Assembly (NCBI GenBank): GCA_963925275.1
Contig: CAWUSQ010000001.1
Span: 1,886-65,885 of the forward strand
Source: an uncultured Rhodoferax sp.
Lineage (GTDB): Bacteria > Pseudomonadota > Gammaproteobacteria > Burkholderiales > Burkholderiaceae_C
Direction of reading: 5' to 3'
Length of the DNA stretch: 64,000 bases
Below are positions 1 through 11,478 of the stretch, in pieces. The translations under genes were made by a program, and so were the position numbers. Under the pieces are notes generated by a model that saw nothing but the letters and a program-made list of their open reading frames with translations, made no database searches and was not told where the DNA came from. Positions within the stretch are counted from its first letter, which is position 1, and the number at the start of each line of letters is the position of its first letter.

Positions 1-873
1 AGCGGCTTCAATGGCCGGGGCCAAACGCTGCGAGCATTTCACATCAAACAAAATGGTGCCGCCTGGAACCCGCTTCAAAACATCTTGAGCAAACAGCATC
101 ATCTGGCGATCAGGGTATATGGTGGCGCCATCTCGGGTGACGATGCCCAGGCGGTCGCCATCGCCATCAAAGGCCAAGCCCAACTCGGCATCACCAGCTT
201 GCAAGGCCGCAATCACATCGCGCAGGTTCTCAGGCTTGCTGGGGTCAGGGTGGTGGTTGGGAAATTCACCATCAACCTCGCTGAACAGCTCGGTGACCTC
301 ACAGCCGATGGCGCGCAGGATGGCGGGGGCCGATGCACCGGCAATGCCGTTGCCCGAGTCCACCACGATCTTCATGGGGCGTGCCAACTTGATGTCAGCG
401 GCAATACGCGCCGCGTAGGCCGGCAAAACATCGACCTGGCGCACACCGCCACCAGGCTGTAAGTCCCAGGATTCGTCTTGCATCATCTGGCGCAGCATCT
501 GGATCTCTTCACCGTAAATCGCTCGCCCACCCATGACCATTTTGAAACCGTTGTAGTCCTTGGGGTTGTGGCTGCCAGTTACTTGAATGCCACTGGCGCA
601 CTCGGTGTTCGCCGCAAAGTACACCAAGGGCGTGGTAACCATGCCCACATCAATCACCTCAACACCCACATCAATCAGGCCTTGCATCAGCGCAGCGCTC
701 AAGGACGGGCCACTGAGACGCCCGTCTCGCCCCACCGCAACGGTGGTTTGGCCCTCGCGGCGCGCCACGGTTCCAAAGGCGCGCCCCAAACCACGGGCAA
801 CTGACTCGTCAATGGTGCTGGGCACGACACCGCGGATGTCATAGGCTTTAAAGATCGATGTAGAGATGTTCAT
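1..873 (-). CDS. phosphomannomutase/phosphoglucomutase (alpha-D-phosphohexomutase family), N-terminal part; C-terminus lies beyond the window start
   Basis: Absent from the ORF track because it runs off the edge. My own reverse-strand translation from the ATG at 873-871 gives MNISTSIFKAYDIRGV..., with catalytic-Ser loop TGSHNP, Mg loop FDGDGDR and FPNHHPDP. The frame stays open to base 1. Confidence 0.85.
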   Translation of the reverse strand, partial: MNISTSIFKAYDIRGVVPSTIDESVARGLGRAFGTVARREGQTTVAVGRDGRLSGPSLSAALMQGLIDVGVEVIDVGMVTTPLVYFAANTECASGIQVTGSHNPKDYNGFKMVMGGRAIYGEEIQMLRQMMQDESWDLQPGGGVRQVDVLPAYAARIAADIKLARPMKIVVDSGNGIAGASAPAILRAIGCEVTELFSEVDGEFPNHHPDPSKPENLRDVIAALQAGDAELGLAFDGDGDRLGIVTRDGATIYPDRQMMLFAQDVLKRVPGGTILFDVKCSQRLAPAIEAA

Positions 874-1111
874 GGCTTTGGGCTTTCTTGACCGTGTCGC
901 ACTGTGCTACACCGTGATTCAACGTGTGCGGTCATTGTAAAAGCCTGTCGCGCCACATCGGCGGCGTGCGCCCACCTGGCCGCAACAAATAGGTGCGTGC
1001 GCTGACAAGGTTTTTTGCAACTCAACAGCATTTTTCTAGCGCCAACGCCTTCAAGAAAAACAAGCCAGGCCAACAGAGCTTGAGCACAGTGGGCGCACGT
1101 ATGATTCGAAC

Positions 1112-1606
1112 ATGCAGCTTCCCACCTCCGCCGTTCGAACCAGCTTCAACAGCCCGCTAGGGGTACTGCACGTGCTGGCCGCAGACGCACATTTGATTGG
1201 CATTTGGTTTGACCAGCAAGCGCATCAACCCAATCTGCAAGCCGTAGCGCGCGCACCCGATCATGCCGTCTTGCAATTGACCACCGTGCAGCTGCGTGCG
1301 TACTTTGCTGGGCAACGCCAAGGGTTTGATCTGCCACTTCGCCTGGCCTTTGGCACGGCGTTTCAGCAAGCGGTCTGGCTGACATTGCAGACGCTGCAGT
1401 ACGGGCAAACCTGCAGTTACAAAGAGATTGCCGTGCGATTGGGACGCCCCCAAGCCATGCGCGCCGTTGGCGCTGCGGTTGGACGCAACCCTTTGAGCAT
1501 TGTGGTGCCATGCCACCGCGTCGTTGGCGCCAATGGCCAACTCACTGGCTACGCAGGCGGCCTAGAACGCAAAGCAGCCTTGCTGCTCCTGGAAAGACGC
1601 GCTTGA
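1112..1606 (+). CDS. ogt: methylated-DNA--protein-cysteine methyltransferase
   Basis: 164 aa with active-site PCHRVV motif and a C-terminal [10 protein letters not shown] typical of Ogt/Ada-C. Confidence 0.85.
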   Translation: MQLPTSAVRTSFNSPLGVLHVLAADAHLIGIWFDQQAHQPNLQAVARAPDHAVLQLTTVQLRAYFAGQRQGFDLPLRLAFGTAFQQAVWLTLQTLQYGQTCSYKEIAVRLGRPQAMRAVGAAVGRNPLSIVVPCHRVVGANGQLTGYAGGLERKAALLLLERRA

Positions 1607-2508
1607 ACAAGACAACTCACCAAAACACTTGGCTGCCAGAATTCATCTTGCTTGCAGCATTGTGGGGGTCCTCATTTTTATTCATGCGCTTGAGTGCCAC
1701 AGAATTCGGTGCACTGCCTACTGCTGGCGTTCGGGTCACGGTGGCCGCACTTTTTTTAATGCCGGTTGTGGCTGCGCGCGGGCATTTACCAACGCTGAGA
1801 CATCACTGGGGCAAGATCTTTTTTTTGGGGATCATCAACTCGGCCCTGCCTTTTGTTTTTTTTGCTTATGCCCTGCTGTCTATTTCGACGGGCTTGACCT
1901 CTTTGATCAATGCAACCGTTCCTTTGTTTGGTGCGGTGGTGGCTTGGGTTTGGCTGAAAGACCGGCCACACCGACTCAAAGTGGTGGGTTTGTCCATCGG
2001 CTTTGTTGGCGTGACCATGCTGGCTTGGGGCAAAGCCAGCTTCACACCCAACGCCCTTGGTTATTCCAGCGGCTTGGGCGTCTTGGCCGCCCTTGCGGCT
2101 TGCCTGTGCTACGGGCTGTCAGCCAGCTTCACCAGACGCTACATGGTGGGCATCAACGCCCTGGTGGTGGCCGCAGGCAGCCAGGCAGGCGCCGTGCTTG
2201 CGCTGGCCCTGCCAACGCTGCTCTTGTGGCCAAGTAAACCACCAAGCCTGACGGCTTGGCTAGCCGTGTTGATAGTGGGCGTGTTGTGCACCGGCATTGC
2301 CTATGTGCTTTTCTTTCGTTTGATTGAGCGCTTAGGCGCTGCAACCGCGCTCACCGTGACTTTTTTGATTCCGGTGTTTGCCAACGTGTACGGCATGGTT
2401 TTTTTGGGGGAAACGCTCACACTGTGGATGCTGCTGTGCGCCCCCATCATCTTGCTCGGCACGGCTTTGTCCCTGGACATCTTCACCTGGGGGCGCAAAA
2501 GCGCGTAA
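1603..2508 (+). CDS. EamA/DMT family transporter
   Basis: Polytopic membrane protein (WGSSFLFMR, two EamA-like halves). The ORF-track start at 1510 overlaps ogt. An in-frame TTG at 1603 overlaps the ogt TGA (TTGA) and is the more likely start; the start remains uncertain. Confidence 0.7.
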   Translation: MNKTTHQNTWLPEFILLAALWGSSFLFMRLSATEFGALPTAGVRVTVAALFLMPVVAARGHLPTLRHHWGKIFFLGIINSALPFVFFAYALLSISTGLTSLINATVPLFGAVVAWVWLKDRPHRLKVVGLSIGFVGVTMLAWGKASFTPNALGYSSGLGVLAALAACLCYGLSASFTRRYMVGINALVVAAGSQAGAVLALALPTLLLWPSKPPSLTAWLAVLIVGVLCTGIAYVLFFRLIERLGAATALTVTFLIPVFANVYGMVFLGETLTLWMLLCAPIILLGTALSLDIFTWGRKSA

Positions 2509-2537
2509 AAAGTAGCAAAGGCACTCAGCCCACGGGA

Positions 2538-4295
2538 CTAACTGGCCAGGCGTTTCAAGGCGGCTTGACGGATATCTTCCAAGCTCGCACGCGTGCTGAT
2601 GGCCTGGGGCTCTTGAATGATTTCAATCAGCGTGCCTTGAGGGCGCTCAAGCGCCGCCAAAAAGGCCGCTTCAAACTGATCAGTGCGTTCAATGCGTTCG
2701 CCCACATACCCGTAAGCGCGGGCAAGCCCGGCAAAGTCGGGGTTGGCCAAGGCGGTACCGGTTACGCGCTCTGGGTATTCGCGTTCTTGGTGCATGCGAA
2801 TGGTGCCGTACATACCGTTGTTCAACACAATGACAATGGTCTTGGCGCCGTACTGGGCAGCCGTGGCGAGCTCCTGACCGGTCATCAAAAAATCACCGTC
2901 GCCAGCCAGGGTCACCACCACGCGACCGGTCGTGATGGCCGCGGCAATGCCGGCCGGCACACCATAGCCCATGGATCCGTTGGTTGGCGCGAGTTGCGTC
3001 TTATGCCCTTTGGCCAGTCCGTGGTAGCAAAAGTAACGGTGCAGCCAACTGGCGAAATTGCCCGCGCCGTTGGTTAACACCGCATCAACGGGCAAATGCT
3101 TTTGCAAGGTGGCAATCACTTTGGCCATATTGACCAGACCACGCTGGGTATCTGCGGGGAGGTTGGTAATGACAGCGGGCCGAATATTGGCCTGATAGTC
3201 CTCATTGCATGCCAAGCTCCATGCACGCCAAGTGGGATTCTCCGGTGCGCTCAAAGCGGCCAGCGCCTCAGCCGCTGCGGGCAAACTGGCATGAATCGCC
3301 AAGCGGGTTTGGAACACCCGGTTTAACTCGTCAGCGCTGGCATGAATATGCACCAAAGCCTGCTTGGGCTGGGGCGCTTCAATCAGGGTGTAACTGCCCG
3401 ACGTGATTTCGCCTAAGCGCGGACCAAAGGCCAGAATCAAATCGCTTTGGGCCATGCGCTTAGCCAAGGCCGGGCTGATGCCCAAACCGACATCACCAGC
3501 ATAAAAGGGGTGGTGGTTGTCAAAGGTGTCCTGGAAGCGAAACGCATTGGCAACCGGTAAAGACCAGTTCTCCGCAAAGCGCTGCAGGTGTGCAGCCGCC
3601 TGCGGTGTCCACCCACTGCCGCCCGCAATGACCATTGGTCGCTCGGCTTTGAGCAACAACTCGCGAAGCGCTGCACCCGAGCGTTGACTGAAACCGGTTT
3701 CGAGAACTGCTGCGGCGGGAAAGGCATGGGGTAAAGGGCCACCTGGACTGGCTGCACTGATCGCGTGCGTCAACATGTCCTCAGGCAAGACCAAGACCAC
3801 AGGCCCACGCCGGCCATTCATGGCGGTGGCAAATGCACGGGCCACGTACTCTGGAATGCGTTTGACGTCATCAATGCGTTCGACCAACTTGGCCAAGCCC
3901 TTGGTACTGGGACCAAAAAAACTCAGGTAGTTCATCTCTTGAAACGCTTCACGGTCCCGGGTGTCGCTTGCCACATCGCCCACAAACAACACCATGGGCG
4001 TGCTGTCTTGAAACGCGGTGTGCAAGCCAATCGAGGCATTGGTAGCGCCTGGTCCGCGCGTCACAAAACACACACCAGGTCGACCCGTGAGTTTGCCGTG
4101 GGCCTCGGCCATATAGGCCGCTCCGCCCTCTTGCCGGTTCACGATGAACGAAATCTGATCACGGTACTGATAAAAGCCATCCAGCACCGCCAGGTAACTT
4201 TCACCAGGAACACCAAACACATGGGTGACACCCTGAGCGACCAAGCACTGGACTAAAAGGTGTCCACCAATTTCAGGTTTTGTTGTTTGTGTCAT
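2538..4295 (-). CDS. thiamine-diphosphate-dependent enzyme, acetolactate synthase large-subunit-like (substrate unknown)
   Basis: 585 aa. N-terminal GVPGESYL...VTRGPGATN and C-terminal GDGDF...NNG TPP-binding motif. No small-subunit gene is adjacent. Confidence 0.75.
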   Translation of the reverse strand: MTQTTKPEIGGHLLVQCLVAQGVTHVFGVPGESYLAVLDGFYQYRDQISFIVNRQEGGAAYMAEAHGKLTGRPGVCFVTRGPGATNASIGLHTAFQDSTPMVLFVGDVASDTRDREAFQEMNYLSFFGPSTKGLAKLVERIDDVKRIPEYVARAFATAMNGRRGPVVLVLPEDMLTHAISAASPGGPLPHAFPAAAVLETGFSQRSGAALRELLLKAERPMVIAGGSGWTPQAAAHLQRFAENWSLPVANAFRFQDTFDNHHPFYAGDVGLGISPALAKRMAQSDLILAFGPRLGEITSGSYTLIEAPQPKQALVHIHASADELNRVFQTRLAIHASLPAAAEALAALSAPENPTWRAWSLACNEDYQANIRPAVITNLPADTQRGLVNMAKVIATLQKHLPVDAVLTNGAGNFASWLHRYFCYHGLAKGHKTQLAPTNGSMGYGVPAGIAAAITTGRVVVTLAGDGDFLMTGQELATAAQYGAKTIVIVLNNGMYGTIRMHQEREYPERVTGTALANPDFAGLARAYGYVGERIERTDQFEAAFLAALERPQGTLIEIIQEPQAISTRASLEDIRQAALKRLAS

Positions 4296-4301
4296 GGTAT
4301 T

Positions 4302-5540
4302 TCAGGCGCTCAAGGCGCTCGTAGGTTGAACGGTACGCTGACCGACGCCAAGCGCAATGAAAACACTCAAGGTCAGCACCATCGCCGCGCCCATCAGGGT
4401 CAAAGCGTAGTGCTGATGGTCCATGAGGGCACCAAAAATCAGAGGTGCCAGGGCAAATCCAGTGTCAAACCCCGAATAAACCAGGCCATACACCCGACCG
4501 GTGGCACCCTTGGGCGTGGCTTTTCGAATCATCAAATCGCGGCTTGGCGCGCCAATGCCAATGGCAAAACCAGTAGAAGCCAAGACCACCATGGTGAGCA
4601 CGGGCCCAAGCCAGCCCGTGGCACACAAGACCAAGAGCATGGCACCAGTGGCCATGGTACTCGCCACCACCCGCTCGACTTTACCCGCCCGTGCCGCCAC
4701 AAATCCCCCCGCAAACATGCCCGCTGCGCCACACAGCATGTAGGCCGTCAAGGTCACGGTGGCCGCCTCATAGCTGATGTTGTGCATGGCTTTGAGAATG
4801 GGCACAGAAAAATTCTGCACCACGGCCAGGGTCATGGTCGAACACATGAAAAAACTGAAACACCACCAGACCACAGGCAACTTCATGAAAGCCAAGCTGT
4901 GCTCTTGGGGTACGTCCGCGCGATGCACAACCGCAAGGGTCTGCAATTTGCCACGGTTCAGATAGACCACGAACATCACTACCAGATACAACATAGCGGC
5001 CGCGACATAGGCACCACGCCAGCTAAACAGTGCACCGAACCCTGCAAAAAAAACAGGGGCCAGCGCCCAGCCCAAATTACCCGTGAGCCCATGCGCACTG
5101 AAGGCATAGCCCAGCCGCGCGGCAGAAACCTTTTGGTTCAAAATGGTGAAGTCCACGGGATGGAAGGTGGCATTGGCCAAGCCCGCCAGGCTGGCCACGC
5201 ACAACAGACCTGCATAACTGCTAACCACCGAGGCCAAGAGGCAAGCCGAAGCAAACAGGGCCAGCGCAAGAAACAGCAGTGGCCGGGCACCCAGTCTGTC
5301 AACCAGAAATCCAGAGGTGGCCTGACCCATGCCAGAGACCACAAAAAAGACCGTCATCAACAGCCCCAGCTGGGCATAGCTAAAACCAAATTCAATGACA
5401 AATACCGGAAACAATGTCGGCAACAACAGGTGGCCAAAGTGCGAAGATGCATGGACCATGCCGACCAACCCTATGATGGTCGCGTCTTGCTTGAATGGAA
5501 CGGTCGCCGGCGCGTCAGCCTGGGTTGCAGCAGGATTCAT
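4302..5540 (-). CDS. MFS transporter
   Basis: 412 aa with about 12 predicted hydrophobic spans. It lies 6 nt downstream of the TPP-enzyme gene on the same strand. Confidence 0.7.
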   Translation of the reverse strand: MNPAATQADAPATVPFKQDATIIGLVGMVHASSHFGHLLLPTLFPVFVIEFGFSYAQLGLLMTVFFVVSGMGQATSGFLVDRLGARPLLFLALALFASACLLASVVSSYAGLLCVASLAGLANATFHPVDFTILNQKVSAARLGYAFSAHGLTGNLGWALAPVFFAGFGALFSWRGAYVAAAMLYLVVMFVVYLNRGKLQTLAVVHRADVPQEHSLAFMKLPVVWWCFSFFMCSTMTLAVVQNFSVPILKAMHNISYEAATVTLTAYMLCGAAGMFAGGFVAARAGKVERVVASTMATGAMLLVLCATGWLGPVLTMVVLASTGFAIGIGAPSRDLMIRKATPKGATGRVYGLVYSGFDTGFALAPLIFGALMDHQHYALTLMGAAMVLTLSVFIALGVGQRTVQPTSALSA

Positions 5541-5555
5541 ACCCGCATCTTAGCC

Positions 5556-5578
5556 AAAATCAGGCACTAAGGCCTGAC
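5556..5578 (-). terminator. putative rho-independent terminator after clpB
   Basis: On the minus strand, stem TCAGGC/GCCTGA (5560-5565 / 5572-5577), a 6-nt loop, then TTTT. It sits just downstream of the clpB stop. Confidence 0.45.
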
Positions 5579-5587
5579 TTTTCGCAC

Positions 5588-8191
<2,604 letters not shown>

Positions 8192-8211
8192 AAAACCTCC
8201 GGTTGCTCAGC

Positions 8212-8240
8212 AAGTTGGGCCGTTTCATGCATTTTCAAGG
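8212..8240 (-). promoter_or_regulatory. sigma32-type heat-shock promoter for clpB (putative)
   Basis: Minus strand reads CCTTGAAA-N13-CCCAACTT, i.e. 14 nt between the CTTGAA and CCCAAC cores (consensus CTTGAA-N13-17-CCCCATnT), then GGAGG and the clpB ATG. Confidence 0.5.
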
Positions 8241-8275
8241 TTCAGCACGCCAGCGGATGTGCCTAAAATCAAAGT

Positions 8276-8866
8276 ATGAACATTCACCAGTTGTCGGTTC
8301 GACATGATCAGGCGCAAGATCGCCTGTTGGTGAGCTTGAACACCACGGCACAGGAAGAACTGAAGTTTTGGCTAACCCGACGCCTCATGTCTCGGCTGTG
8401 GTCAAGGCTGAACACCTTGGTGATTGAGCAATTTGCGATTCCACCAGACGCCAAAACCGACGGTTTCGTGGACCTCAGCGCGCTGGACCACACGAGTAAA
8501 AAGCAGTTAATGCAAGAGCAGCAGGAAACTTCGCTCAACAACGCAGACTTCCAAACCCCTTACAAAACCGGCGCCAAACATCAACCGTTTGGTGACGCAC
8601 CCCTGCTGGTAACTAAAATCGACATGGCGATGGGTGCGCCGCAGCAACTGCGCCTGCGCATTTGTGAGGACCTGAGCACAGGCGCAGAGCCCCGTGAATT
8701 TCAAATGGAACTCAGTGCCGATCTAACCTTCGGTCTGATGAAGTTGCTCGGTCAAGCCTTGACCCAAGCCGATTGGCAACTGCACCCGGACACTCCCAGG
8801 TCAAGGGATGACGACACCACCAGGGAGCCGTTCGCACACGCCCCTAAAACAAGGTACTTAAACTGA
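8276..8866 (+). CDS. hypothetical protein (no family recognised)
   Basis: 196-aa ORF with GC3-rich, coding-like codon usage. No motif I can assign. Divergent from clpB. Confidence 0.5.
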   Translation: MNIHQLSVRHDQAQDRLLVSLNTTAQEELKFWLTRRLMSRLWSRLNTLVIEQFAIPPDAKTDGFVDLSALDHTSKKQLMQEQQETSLNNADFQTPYKTGAKHQPFGDAPLLVTKIDMAMGAPQQLRLRICEDLSTGAEPREFQMELSADLTFGLMKLLGQALTQADWQLHPDTPRSRDDDTTREPFAHAPKTRYLN

Positions 8867-8896
8867 GCAAAGCTTCGCGAAAGCCTGCCTGAAGCA

Positions 8897-9385
8897 TCAG
8901 CTGTTGTTGACCTCGATACCCCATTTAGCCAAGGCGGCATCATCACTGACGCGCGCATCCACCCAACTCGCCCCCGTGGCGGTTTGTTCTTTTTTCCAAA
9001 ATGGGGCCTGGGTTTTCAAATAATCCATCAAGAACTCGCAGGCGGAAAAACTCTCGCCACGGTGCGCCGAGGTCACTGCCACCAAGACAATCTGATCGAG
9101 TGGCAACAGCACACCGACCCGATGAATCACCCGCACGCCCTTGATATCAAAGCGCAGATGCGCAGCGTCGATCATGGACTCGATTGATTTTTCAGTCATG
9201 CCAGGGTAGTGCTCAAGCTCCATGCCCTCAATACCCTCAGCCTGCCCTTTGGTGCGCTCACGCACAGTACCCACAAAGCAGCAGACTGCACCCACCCCGC
9301 CATCACCGCTGCGCAGTTCGGCCATGACGGCGCTGGTATCAAAGTCCTGCGTTTGGATGAAGACACGGGGCAACTGGGCGTTCAT
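8897..9385 (-). CDS. moaE: molybdopterin synthase catalytic subunit MoaE
   Basis: 162 aa with MELEHYPGM...APFWKKE motifs. It follows moaD by 3 nt. Confidence 0.9.
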   Translation of the reverse strand: MNAQLPRVFIQTQDFDTSAVMAELRSGDGGVGAVCCFVGTVRERTKGQAEGIEGMELEHYPGMTEKSIESMIDAAHLRFDIKGVRVIHRVGVLLPLDQIVLVAVTSAHRGESFSACEFLMDYLKTQAPFWKKEQTATGASWVDARVSDDAALAKWGIEVNNS

Positions 9386-9388
9386 ACA

Positions 9389-9640
9389 TTACCCGCCTGT
9401 GACCGGTGGAAAAAATGCCACTTCGCAACCATCGTGCAGTGACGTGGTTTCTTCTGACATCACCTGATCGAGCGCCATGCGCACTGCTTTGCCGCGTGCC
9501 AAGACCTGGGCGTGCACACCGCCCAAGGCAATCAGCTCGTCACGCAAAGCGCCCAAGGTCGCCGCACCCGTCTCACGGGTTTCAGCGCTGGCCTGCAGCG
9601 CTTCACGGATGGACGCGAAGTAGCGCACGGTGACCTTCAT
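9389..9640 (-). CDS. moaD: molybdopterin synthase sulfur-carrier subunit MoaD
   Basis: 83 aa, ubiquitin-like, with C-terminal FFPPVTGG. Overlaps the moeA stop (ATGA). Confidence 0.88.
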   Translation of the reverse strand: MKVTVRYFASIREALQASAETRETGAATLGALRDELIALGGVHAQVLARGKAVRMALDQVMSEETTSLHDGCEVAFFPPVTGG

Positions 9641-10887
9641 GCCAGTACCCCTGAAAATGGAAGAAACTGAACCATATCACCGCGGGCAATGGTTTGACCC
9701 GCGGGGTTGTCCACTAGACCGTCACTCCACACCGCAGAGCTCAGCACACCAGAGCTTTGGTTCGCAAACAGATCCAGACCACCTTGGTCATTGATGCGCA
9801 CACGCAAAAACTCGCGGCGCTTGTCCGCACGCGGCCAATCAAAATCAGCGCAGCGACGTTGCGCCGCCCACCCCAGTCTGCAGACGCCTTGCAGTTTCAG
9901 CAAAAAGGGCCTGACCAGCAACAAGAAGGTGACATAGCTGGAAACTGGATTGCCAGGTAAACCCATGAAGTGCGCCGCACCAACCTGTCCGTAGGCGAAG
10001 GGTTTCCCCGGTTTCATGGCAATTTGCCAAAGGTCCAGATGCCCCAAGGCATGAACCGCGGGCTTGATGTGGTCTTCTTCACCAACCGACACACCGCCAC
10101 TGGTCAAAATCAAGTCATGCGCCTGGCTGGCCAAGCGCAGGGCCTGCATCGTCGCATCCCGTTGATCAGGGACGATCCCCATATCGGTCACCGCGCAACC
10201 CAAGCGTTCGAGCAATGCCTTCAAAAAGAACCGATTAGAGTTGTAGATCACGCCCGGCGCCATGTCCTCAGGCGCCACCGTGCCTGGCATGACCAACTCA
10301 TCACCTGTGGACAGCAACGCGACCCGCGGCTGACGCCGCACTGGCAACTCGGCCAAGCCAATGCCTGCAGCCATGCCCAAGGACGCAGGGCTTAGCCGTT
10401 CGCCCTTGGCCAGTACCACAGCACCTTGACGTACATCCTCACCCGCACGGCGAATCCACTGCCCGGACTCCACCGCCGTTTTGACCAGCACGCGGCCATC
10501 TTCCAAGACCTCACAGGCTTCCTGCATCACCACGGCATCGGCCCCAGGCGGAATCGGCGCTCCGGTAAAGATTCGGGCAATAGACAAAGGCTCAAGCGCC
10601 GTGCCATGGCTGCCAGCCGCAATGCGCTGCGATACCGGCAGGGCCTGCCCCTGAAGCAGGTCTGCACAGCGCAGCGCATAGCCATCCATGGAGCTGTTGT
10701 CTTGCGGTGGGACCTGTAAAGTAGACAACAAATCTTGCGCCAACACCCGGCCATCGGCCTCAAACGTTGAGATCAGGTCCACCCCATCAAGCGTTTGGGC
10801 ATGCGTCAGCAATTCGGCCAACGCGTCGTCAAGAGATTTCAGCGGCTTGAAGCCCAAACGCATCGGATCTTGTTGGGCAACAGTCAT
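9637..10887 (-). CDS. moeA: molybdopterin molybdotransferase MoeA
   Basis: 416 aa with the SSMDGYA motif and MoeA domain order. Overlaps the mobB stop by 4 nt. Confidence 0.9.
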   Translation of the reverse strand: MTVAQQDPMRLGFKPLKSLDDALAELLTHAQTLDGVDLISTFEADGRVLAQDLLSTLQVPPQDNSSMDGYALRCADLLQGQALPVSQRIAAGSHGTALEPLSIARIFTGAPIPPGADAVVMQEACEVLEDGRVLVKTAVESGQWIRRAGEDVRQGAVVLAKGERLSPASLGMAAGIGLAELPVRRQPRVALLSTGDELVMPGTVAPEDMAPGVIYNSNRFFLKALLERLGCAVTDMGIVPDQRDATMQALRLASQAHDLILTSGGVSVGEEDHIKPAVHALGHLDLWQIAMKPGKPFAYGQVGAAHFMGLPGNPVSSYVTFLLLVRPFLLKLQGVCRLGWAAQRRCADFDWPRADKRREFLRVRINDQGGLDLFANQSSGVLSSAVWSDGLVDNPAGQTIARGDMVQFLPFSGVLA

Positions 10888-11417
10888 GCGTAATTCTCCG
10901 CTTTGTACTCAAAACGATTGCCTTGAGAAAGCAACCAGTCCATCACCTCGGCAGGCGCATTGAGGTCAAGCAACTTCAATGACGTTGGTGCCGGCAAATC
11001 TTGCGGTGAATCGGTTGCAATGGCTGCCACGAAGGCGTCGTCCACATAGCGGACGGGCTTTTGGGATGCAGCGCGCCAGACCTCAATCTTCAGCAAATCA
11101 GAATCTTTAAATCCTTCAACCAACACCCAATCAACGCCGGTATATAGCTCAGCGATCAATTGGTGAACCGTGAGCCGACGCGGCACTTCAAATTCACGGA
11201 TCAAGGCCAGCCGACGCTCGGATGCAACCACGACCTCAAATGCACCAGCCTCACGGTGGCGGTAGGTGTCCTTGCCTGGGTGATCAATGTCAAAGAGGTG
11301 GTGGGCGTGTTTGATCACTGACACGCGTTGACCGCGCAGGCGCAATTCAGCCACCAACAATTCCACCAAGGTTGTTTTTCCGGAACCTGAAAAACCTGCA
11401 AAACCAACGACATTCAT
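10884..11417 (-). CDS. mobB: molybdopterin-guanine dinucleotide biosynthesis adapter protein MobB
   Basis: 177 aa with P-loop GFSGSGKTTL. Confidence 0.85.
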   Translation of the reverse strand: MNVVGFAGFSGSGKTTLVELLVAELRLRGQRVSVIKHAHHLFDIDHPGKDTYRHREAGAFEVVVASERRLALIREFEVPRRLTVHQLIAELYTGVDWVLVEGFKDSDLLKIEVWRAASQKPVRYVDDAFVAAIATDSPQDLPAPTSLKLLDLNAPAEVMDWLLSQGNRFEYKAENYA

Positions 11418-11478
11418 GATCGGACACTCAGCTTATTCAAAGCAATCATCGGGTTGAGAAAATTGGACATAGGACACC

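Noticed and set aside
4260-5570. 436-aa plus-strand ORF
   Set aside because: It is exactly antisense to the well-supported MFS gene. Its His/Gln/Arg/Gly-rich composition has no domain signature. This is a typical GC-rich shadow ORF.
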